A stretch of DNA of 64,000 nt from Candidatus Omnitrophota bacterium. GTDB taxonomy: Bacteria > Omnitrophota > Gorgyraeia > Pluralincolimonadales > Pluralincolimonadaceae. The position numbers were made by a program, and so were the translations under genes. This document shows positions 57,421 through 64,000 of this stretch, in pieces. Each line of letters begins with the position of its first letter. Positions within the stretch are counted from its first letter, which is position 1. Location: positions 14,558 to 78,557 of the forward strand of contig PLNR01000006.1 in NCBI GenBank assembly GCA_003141835.1, in the 5' to 3' direction. The notes beneath the pieces are model-generated. The model made no database searches and was not told the origin of the DNA. It saw only the letters and a program-made list of their open reading frames with translations.

Positions 57421-57936
57421 TTATTCTAATCCGCCTTTTGCCTTGCCGCCGTCCTTATCCAGCCTGCTGAAGAACTCCTCCGGCCTGAGGCTCTCGATCT
57501 CTTTCTCGAAATTCTTCACTTCCTCTCCGCTTATGGGTTTGTTGATGACAGGGCATAATTCGAGCACTTTCTCTTCGATGAATATCGGGGCGCCGGTCCT
57601 CACCGCAAGGGCGATAGCGTCGGACGGCCGGGAATCTATTTCAAGGGACTTGCCGCCCTGCTTTAAGGCAATGACCGCGTAATAGGCGTTCTCCTTGAGG
57701 TCGCTTATGACCACCTTCTCGATAGAGCCGCCCATCGCGTTGATGAGGTTTACGGCCAGGTCGTGCGTCAACGGCCTTTTGAACTTCTCGCCGTCGAGGA
57801 CCAGGACGATCGACGTCCCTTCGCTGACGCCTATCCAGATGGGTATCAACCTCGACCCGTCCACCTCCTCCAGGGTGATGACGTATTGCGCTAAAGGAGG
57901 AATGAATATCAATGAATATATCCTGGCGAGTTTCAT
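57421..57936 (-). CDS. Bifunctional nuclease family (DUF151)
   Basis: IPIWIG, RPLTHDL, IDSRPSDAIALA; start ATG at 57936 with SD AGGAG. Confidence 0.9.
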   Translation of the reverse strand: MKLARIYSLIFIPPLAQYVITLEEVDGSRLIPIWIGVSEGTSIVLVLDGEKFKRPLTHDLAVNLINAMGGSIEKVVISDLKENAYYAVIALKQGGKSLEIDSRPSDAIALAVRTGAPIFIEEKVLELCPVINKPISGEEVKNFEKEIESLRPEEFFSRLDKDGGKAKGGLE

Positions 57937-57992
57937 TGCGTGCTCCTGCTTCAATATTAGACCATGCCTATGCAAAAGTCAACACGGGCCGC

Positions 57993-59300
57993 TCAGATAT
58001 CCCTGTCGCGGTCGATCTCCATCGGCTTGACCTTTATTACGCTGAAGAAGAGGTCTATGCTCTTCACGTGCTGGACGTGCCTTACCTCTTTTATCATTGG
58101 AAGGATGACAGCGGAAAACACCGCACGAAGGACCCCGGAAAGCAAAAATAAGGTCATCAGCCTATAGCCGGAAATGGGCGGCAGGTTCACCGCCAGGAAG
58201 CCTCCCAGCAGGGCTCCGCAGCAGATCGCCGTGCCGTTTATGACGTTAAGGTACGAGACGCAACGCGTCCTCTTCTCCGGCATCACGGCATCATATACGA
58301 AATTGAATACCGAGAGGTTGTAGCCGGCCCAGACATATCCGGCGAAGAGCTGAATGATTATAAGATAGGTGATGTTTTGAGAGAAGAGCCACAGTACCGG
58401 TATCACCGGTATGAAGAACGACGTGAGCCTTATTACTTTTATGTTGCCGACTGCGTCGGCATGCCTGCCCCAGATGCCCATGGTAGAAAGCGTGGCGATG
58501 GTGGATGCCAGCACTATGACCGTATAAGTCACGTAACTCAAATTAAGGTCCCTGAGCATATATACGGCGAAGAACGGCGCCGAGATATTCTGGGCGAAAC
58601 TTATGCTTGCGACGTATATGACGAACTTCACGAAATTCGACTGTTTCGTCCTTTTTACGAAATCCCAGAACGTGAAATAATGCTCCTTGGTGACCTTTAT
58701 CGGGGGCTCATACATCTTGCTCAGGAAATACCACGATATGAACCGCGATACGAAAGCGAGCCCGAGTATGATCATGAAACCGTAAAGCTTATCCTTGCCG
58801 AAGAAGTTAAGGATGAAGCCCGCCAGGAACGCGCACGCGACGGTGATCAACCCCATCAGCCTGTTCCTCCAGCCGAAATATTTTCCCCTGCTGCGCGCCG
58901 GTATGTGATCGGACATCAGGCTCGTCCATGCCGGCCCGGGGAAAGCGTTGAACGACGCCGCCAGAGTGATGAATAGGATGAGCCACAGGGCCCTGTTCGT
59001 CTTGAACAGTAAGGGTATGAGGCATATCGGAAGGTATATGAGGGCGTGGAAGAAAACGAATATCGTTATTATCCTCATCCGGCTCTTGAGGTGCTCGGTG
59101 ACATCGGCAGATTTCAGCTGTATCAGGGAAGCGATGAGGCTGGGGAAAGCGGTGAGCATGCCTATCTGCTCGGTCGACGCCTTCAGCGCGACCGCGAACG
59201 GGGTAATATACTGGTCGGCGAAACCTACCATCGCCGCGCAGAACGAGCCGTCTATGAAGGAATTCCTGAGGCTTTGCCTTATCTTCCCTCTTTTTTCCAT
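57993..59300 (-). CDS. MFS transporter
   Basis: About 12 TM helices; WTSLMSDHIPARSRGKYFG; WGRHADAVG; start ATG at 59300. Confidence 0.9.
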   Translation of the reverse strand: MEKRGKIRQSLRNSFIDGSFCAAMVGFADQYITPFAVALKASTEQIGMLTAFPSLIASLIQLKSADVTEHLKSRMRIITIFVFFHALIYLPICLIPLLFKTNRALWLILFITLAASFNAFPGPAWTSLMSDHIPARSRGKYFGWRNRLMGLITVACAFLAGFILNFFGKDKLYGFMIILGLAFVSRFISWYFLSKMYEPPIKVTKEHYFTFWDFVKRTKQSNFVKFVIYVASISFAQNISAPFFAVYMLRDLNLSYVTYTVIVLASTIATLSTMGIWGRHADAVGNIKVIRLTSFFIPVIPVLWLFSQNITYLIIIQLFAGYVWAGYNLSVFNFVYDAVMPEKRTRCVSYLNVINGTAICCGALLGGFLAVNLPPISGYRLMTLFLLSGVLRAVFSAVILPMIKEVRHVQHVKSIDLFFSVIKVKPMEIDRDRDI

Positions 59301-59309
59301 AGCGGCGAT

Positions 59310-59351
59310 ATTATAACAATATTTGACATGCAAGTATAGCGCTGTTAAAAT
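59310..59351. promoter_or_regulatory. Back-to-back divergent promoters (MFS / RlmI)
   Basis: Plus: TTGACA(59323)-N17-TAAAAT(59346-59351), 6 nt before ATG. Minus: TGnTATAAT at 59310-59318, 9 nt before ATG. Confidence 0.7.
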
Positions 59352-59357
59352 CATCCT

Positions 59358-60524
59358 ATGCCTATCCCGTCACTGAAGATAACAAGAAAAGGCGCGACGT
59401 GGTTCCGCACCGGCCACCCGTGGATATATAAGGACGACCTCGAAAAAAGCGACCCTTCCTTCTCCGGCTCGATAGTCTCCCTGCTGGATAACAGCGGCAA
59501 TTTCCTCGCCAAGGCTTTTTATAATGACAGGTCGAAGATCGCCCTGAGGATCATCTCTTACGAGGATGTGCCGGTCGATGCAGGGTTCTGGCGCGGCCGC
59601 CTTGCCGCATGCATCGAGTACAGGAAAAAAACCGTGAAGGTCTCGGACGCATACCGCATCGCGCATTCCGAGGCCGACGGCCTGCCGTCCCTCATCGTAG
59701 ACAGGTACGGAGACCACCTCTCCATACAGACGTTATGCCTCGGCATGGATAACATAAAAGATACTATCGTCGAGGCGCTGAAGGACTTGCTTAAGCCGGC
59801 ATCGGTCGTCGCCAGGAATGACTCGGCAATAAGGAAGTTCGAAGGCCTGGAAGAGAAGAAAGAGATCCTTTATGGTAAACCACCAGAAAAAACAGAGGTC
59901 CGCGAAGGTAATGTAAAATACCTTGTCGACATAATGAACGGCCAGAAGACCGGTTCGTACCTTGACCAGCGCGAGAACCACATCGCCTCGGAAAAATATG
60001 CGAGAGGGAGATCTCTTGATTGCTTCGCATACCAGGGCCTCTTCTCCCTGCATATGGCGCTCTCGGCCGATGAAGTCACTGCGGTGGATTCCTCGGGCCC
60101 GGCGCTCGAGGCTTTAAAGGAGAACGCGGCGCTCAATGGGATTACGAAGATAAAAACAGTCGAGGGTAAAGTCTCTGAGACTTTAAAATCATTCCAGAAG
60201 GAAGAAAGGCAGTTCGATCTCATTGTACTCGACCCGCCCGCGTTCGCGAAGTCAAAGAAAGACATACAGGCCGCGGCACGCGGCTATATCGACATAAATT
60301 TCAGGGCTATGAAATTATTAAAAAGAGGCGGGCACCTTATGACCTGCTCGTGTTCTTACAACCTTTCGGAAGGGCAATTCATGGAGATCCTTGAGGCGGC
60401 CTTGTCGGAATCGCGCAGGCGCGCGCGCCTCATCGAGAAACGCATCCAGCCTGCCGACCATCCCATCCTGCTCAACTTCCCCGAATCCAATTATCTTAAG
60501 TGCATAGTACTTGAGATGGTTTAA
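59358..60524 (+). CDS. RlmI/YwbD family SAM-dependent rRNA methyltransferase
   Basis: GHPWIY (PUA), SEADGLPSLIVD, GQKTG.YLDQR, LDPPAFAK, TCSCS, YLKC. Confidence 0.92.
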   Translation: MPIPSLKITRKGATWFRTGHPWIYKDDLEKSDPSFSGSIVSLLDNSGNFLAKAFYNDRSKIALRIISYEDVPVDAGFWRGRLAACIEYRKKTVKVSDAYRIAHSEADGLPSLIVDRYGDHLSIQTLCLGMDNIKDTIVEALKDLLKPASVVARNDSAIRKFEGLEEKKEILYGKPPEKTEVREGNVKYLVDIMNGQKTGSYLDQRENHIASEKYARGRSLDCFAYQGLFSLHMALSADEVTAVDSSGPALEALKENAALNGITKIKTVEGKVSETLKSFQKEERQFDLIVLDPPAFAKSKKDIQAAARGYIDINFRAMKLLKRGGHLMTCSCSYNLSEGQFMEILEAALSESRRRARLIEKRIQPADHPILLNFPESNYLKCIVLEMV

Positions 60525-60526
60525 CC

Positions 60527-62863
60527 TCAAGTATTTCGTCCTTGAAATAGTCTAGCCTCGCTCCCCGCCTTAATATGCCGGAAGAGGGACTTGAGGATAT
60601 TCTCGTACGGGTCGTCTATCTCCAGGAGTAGTTCCCAAACGGCGCGGGCGCGCTGGTATTGTTCTGGTTTTGTGGGCCGCGGAGCGCCTCCTCCGTCGTG
60701 CCATCCTTCCGGGGTATTGAACCAGTATGAGCTCGGCCCGTGTTCATAGACGATATAATAACAACCGTATGCGGCCTTAAGCGCCTCTTCCTTGAGCCCG
60801 AGGTGGTACATCGTCGCGGCCATGAAATATGTGGAGCCGGGCCATATCTCCCTGGCCATGTTTATATTTATATCGCTGCCGTCGGCGTTCTTGCTGTTCA
60901 TGGCGCCGCAGTCGCCCACGCCGTCGCCGTTAAAATCGCACAGCGGCACTACGCACATTTCATAGACCTTTTTTAAATATTTGACCATCCTCTCGCGCGG
61001 AAGTATATCGGGCAGTTCCGACGTCTCGCAGAACCGCTGGCCGTTCAACCCGTCGGCCATTATCGCCCCGGAATTCTTCCCCGCGGTGTCCATCCTGTAA
61101 TATTGGCCCGCCTCATCCCACAGCTGCTTGTCGAGGTTAGCCCTCGCTTTATCAAGGAGCCCGAGCGCTTCTTTAAGTATGGGGTCTCGCTGGACGTGCG
61201 CCAGCTTTACCATCGCCTCGAGCGCGCCGATCCAGAGCCCGCCGCACAACAGGCTGGTGCCATATAAGCCCCACGCGTCGTAGGTGTTGTCCGAGCCGTT
61301 GTTATTCGGCAGGCCGTCGCCGTCCGTGTCCTGGGATTTCATGTAATCATAGGTCATCTTCACCGCCGTCCAGCAGTAATCGAGGAACTCCCTGTCCTCG
61401 CGGACATAATAATACCTGGCGACCTGCTGGATGAACTTGGCATGCAGGTCTTTCCAGTGCAGTTTGTTCGTCCCGTAGGCGTCGAATTTGAAGAACGGGT
61501 CGCCGGTAGGCACGCCGAAGTCGTGCGGCGTCTGGTGGAGGCCGTCGTAATACATGATACCGTCGGCAAAACACCTCAATATATCCCGTTCTATCTCGGG
61601 CCAGAACTTGAGCGTCAGTATCGAGCAGTAATGCCTTACGTCGAAAGTCTCGCAGAACGGGTACCCGATCGATTCCATTACGAAGAACTTATGGTCGTCC
61701 TCGTGGAGCCCCATGTATTCCCGCTCATGCCCGGACTTAAGCCCGGATTCATAGAACGTCCCGCCGAACTGGGTATAATACAATTCGTTGAATGCCGCGG
61801 TCTTGAGCCAGGCGGGGTATTTCTTGTTCTTTATGACCGGGTTCATCCACGCGTCGACCTTCCTCTCCCATTCAGGGTAATTTGCGAGGGCCTCTTTCGC
61901 GATATTGAAGGACTGCGCGGAATCGCGCCCGAAATATTCGGTATACTTCCTCCACCACTCGGTGCCGGTGACGCGCGGGTCCCCGAATTTCACTACCGGG
62001 AAATCCCACGAAAGGACGATCGGCACTGTCTTTGACTCGCCGGGATCAAGCGCGACCTTTACCGCTATGGCCCCTGCCGAATCGGAATCGTCTAGCCGCT
62101 TGTTATCCAAAAGGCCGTCGGACTTAAAATCCCTCCAGATCTCCGAGCCGTCGCCGTCCTTGTTCCAACTGAGCGCGTAAGACAGCGTTTCGCTCTTGCC
62201 CGCCTTCGAGGCGATGCACCATTCCGAACCCTGAGTTTCAGGAGTATTGTCCGGGCCGGCGGCCTTTAAGACTGTCCCGGTGATCCCGCCGTCTTCTTTG
62301 AGGTTATTTTTATATCCCTTCCGGGGCAGGGAACCGCTGAAAGGCGGCTGCGGCCAGGTGAACATTACCGAGGCCTCGGCCTTTTCTTTTGTCGGGTTTG
62401 AAAATTTGAACTGCCACACGGCTACCGGATACGAGGTCTCTTTATAATTATTGGTGATTATCGGGGAGAAGAACTTCTGCGAGATATCGAGGGTGAAGCA
62501 GTCATACGTGACCCACCCCTTTGGCTGGAGGGCGTAATATGCGGCTTCGCCCTTCTGTAATTTGTCCCACGCCGGTTTCAGCGAGGGGTTCGTCCCGAGC
62601 GTCTTTACTTTAGCCGGCCTGTTCCCGACTTTCTCATAGACATGGAACGCGCCCTCGTAAAGCCAAGTCTGGTCATAAGCCCCGCACTTGAGCGCCCAAG
62701 GCCCGAACGCGCCGGAGATGCTGTACATGAAAGATCCGGCCCCGAACCCTCCGAGGGCCACGCCCCTGTCAGGGCACGAGCTCGCGGTATTGGAAGGCAC
62801 ATCTCCGAGGCCCCTCTTCCAGGCGCAATCGGGTATCTCGAAAAAATCCCTCTTCCCTGTCAT
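60527..62863 (-). CDS. GH116 beta-glucosidase (non-lysosomal glucosylceramidase family)
   Basis: GVALGGFGAGS, SYPVA, FNELYY, ES..Y...ETFDV, PHDFG, WKDL, DNTYD, WFNTPE. Confidence 0.9.
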   Translation of the reverse strand: MTGKRDFFEIPDCAWKRGLGDVPSNTASSCPDRGVALGGFGAGSFMYSISGAFGPWALKCGAYDQTWLYEGAFHVYEKVGNRPAKVKTLGTNPSLKPAWDKLQKGEAAYYALQPKGWVTYDCFTLDISQKFFSPIITNNYKETSYPVAVWQFKFSNPTKEKAEASVMFTWPQPPFSGSLPRKGYKNNLKEDGGITGTVLKAAGPDNTPETQGSEWCIASKAGKSETLSYALSWNKDGDGSEIWRDFKSDGLLDNKRLDDSDSAGAIAVKVALDPGESKTVPIVLSWDFPVVKFGDPRVTGTEWWRKYTEYFGRDSAQSFNIAKEALANYPEWERKVDAWMNPVIKNKKYPAWLKTAAFNELYYTQFGGTFYESGLKSGHEREYMGLHEDDHKFFVMESIGYPFCETFDVRHYCSILTLKFWPEIERDILRCFADGIMYYDGLHQTPHDFGVPTGDPFFKFDAYGTNKLHWKDLHAKFIQQVARYYYVREDREFLDYCWTAVKMTYDYMKSQDTDGDGLPNNNGSDNTYDAWGLYGTSLLCGGLWIGALEAMVKLAHVQRDPILKEALGLLDKARANLDKQLWDEAGQYYRMDTAGKNSGAIMADGLNGQRFCETSELPDILPRERMVKYLKKVYEMCVVPLCDFNGDGVGDCGAMNSKNADGSDININMAREIWPGSTYFMAATMYHLGLKEEALKAAYGCYYIVYEHGPSSYWFNTPEGWHDGGGAPRPTKPEQYQRARAVWELLLEIDDPYENILKSLFRHIKAGSEARLFQGRNT

Positions 62864-64000
62864 CTACTCCAGGCTTTCTTCCTTTATTACTTTTATCTGC
62901 ACCGGCGCTTTAAAGATGCCGCCCTGCTTTCCGTCGTCGTATACCCTAACCGCTATCACATTTCTCGACTTGAGGCTCAAGATGTCCACGGGGATCTCGT
63001 AATTCCTTTCTTTCTCCCATACCGACTGGACATGCGGCGGGAACATGCCGCTTTGGCCTACGAGATTCTTGTTGACGAAGGTCATGTCGACGTCGTCGAT
63101 GCCGCCGAACTGCAGGATTATCTTGGCGCCTTTCTCCTTCCAGGCCTCCGCCTTATTCTTGGGCACCTTGAAGCCGCACACGTACCACGCGTATCCGTCG
63201 TAGTTCGCAAATCCCTGCGTCTCCCAGGTCGCCGGCACATCCACCTCTTTCCATTCCTTTCCCGGAGAGGCCAGTCCGGCCCATTTGATATCATCGCCGG
63301 TCCTGAAATACCATTTGCCGGAGAGGTCCAGCGTATCAAGGACCTTCTTCGGCTTGGTGAAGCCGCAGAGTTTCATCGCTTTCTTGATATTCGCGTTCTG
63401 CATGAAGCATTTCCAGACCATCCCGGTCCTGTAGTTCTCTATCATGAGGACTATCGGGCCTTGGTCGATGCCGATATATTTCGACGAGACCCAGTTCCTG
63501 TCCCAGTTGAACGCGTCGACGAACCCGTATTTGCCCCAGATCTTATCCTTGTAATTTGCGTACATATATCTGGCCGCCTTTATCGAGAGGTCCGGGGTAA
63601 AGATGATCGAGGATATCGCGGCTGTCGGTGATACCGTGCCGTCGTTATCGCCGTTAGGGGCGCCGTATGCCCTGTATCCGTCCGGCCCGTCGCAGGCTGT
63701 CAGGCCCCAGCAGTCAGGGCCGTAGGACTTGCTCCGGTTCATGTTATCTATGCACCATTGCCTGTTCGCCAGCGTCGCCTGGACAGAGTTCTGGAAATAA
63801 TCCATGAAGCTATCCTCTTTACCCTTGAAATCGACATAGCAATGCGAATACTGGTGCGTGAATAACGGGGGCGGGCCCGTGAACTTGAAGCCCTTATATG
63901 CCGTGAGCCCCCTGCCGTAGGCGCTCCACGAATCAGGCGGCATCGGGTGCGTGCCGGAACCTATCCCCATAAAATACAGCACCAGGTGCTCTGAGGTATA
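62864..64000 (-). CDS. Glucoamylase-family (GH144-like) glucanase with C-terminal jelly-roll domain (5' end beyond window)
   Basis: PLFTHQYSH, WGLTACDGP, GKYGFVDAFN, GIDQGP; then DLSGKW...YDGYAWY...GIDDVD; frame open to the window edge. Confidence 0.85.
   Translation of the reverse strand, partial: YTSEHLVLYFMGIGSGTHPMPPDSWSAYGRGLTAYKGFKFTGPPPLFTHQYSHCYVDFKGKEDSFMDYFQNSVQATLANRQWCIDNMNRSKSYGPDCWGLTACDGPDGYRAYGAPNGDNDGTVSPTAAISSIIFTPDLSIKAARYMYANYKDKIWGKYGFVDAFNWDRNWVSSKYIGIDQGPIVLMIENYRTGMVWKCFMQNANIKKAMKLCGFTKPKKVLDTLDLSGKWYFRTGDDIKWAGLASPGKEWKEVDVPATWETQGFANYDGYAWYVCGFKVPKNKAEAWKEKGAKIILQFGGIDDVDMTFVNKNLVGQSGMFPPHVQSVWEKERNYEIPVDILSLKSRNVIAVRVYDDGKQGGIFKAPVQIKVIKEESLE

Noticed and set aside
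125-63631. Numerous plus-strand and alternate-frame ORFs in the track (e.g. 168-980, 9951-11045, 28024-28881, 41770-42699, 62642-63631)
   Set aside because: Antisense or frame shadows of well-supported genes, with Ser/Pro/Arg-rich composition and no motifs.

Overview
Gene-dense, moderately GC-rich bacterial chromosome segment from a diderm, probably anaerobic bacterium. The gene mix (SpoVG, Mla, Re-citrate synthase-like enzyme, class II RNR, ADP-forming acyl-CoA synthetase) suggests Ca. Omnitrophota or another PVC-like lineage; this is inference only. Almost all genes are on the minus strand. Housekeeping blocks: spoVG-yraN-comM; accA-rsbW-STAS-mlaEFD-FecR-OMP; folE, mnmE, folC, purH; two ATP-grasp ligases plus KamA; ogg, dcd, nrdJ; gpmA; UvrD; tatAC; leuCD-like, mdh, Re-citrate synthase, AmmeMemoRadiSam rSAM and polyprenyl synthase; acyl-CoA synthetase-gcvTHPAPB-lplA-ferredoxin; a two-component pair; glycogen debranching enzyme; MFS; RlmI; GH116 and GH144. 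An accessory island at about 29.7-37.3 kb holds two TPR proteins, a signal-peptide-bearing Rhs toxin, immunity genes and orphan toxin cassettes. Best novel candidates: (1) each Rhs orphan cassette starts at one arm of a GGGGAC REP-like repeat that also occurs as full palindromes elsewhere in the window; (2) an unannotated 14-aa MCGSCGCGKKKPKK micro-ORF with its own promoter and RBS upstream of nrdJ; (3) an AmmeMemoRadiSam rSAM gene whose usual N-terminal segment, with a Tat signal, appears as a separate downstream 60-aa ORF; (4) a partner-switching kinase/STAS pair inside an accA-Mla operon; (5) a KamA + 2 ATP-grasp + lipoprotein cluster; (6) a roughly 110-nt structured RNA candidate. All calls come from motif recognition; no searches were run.
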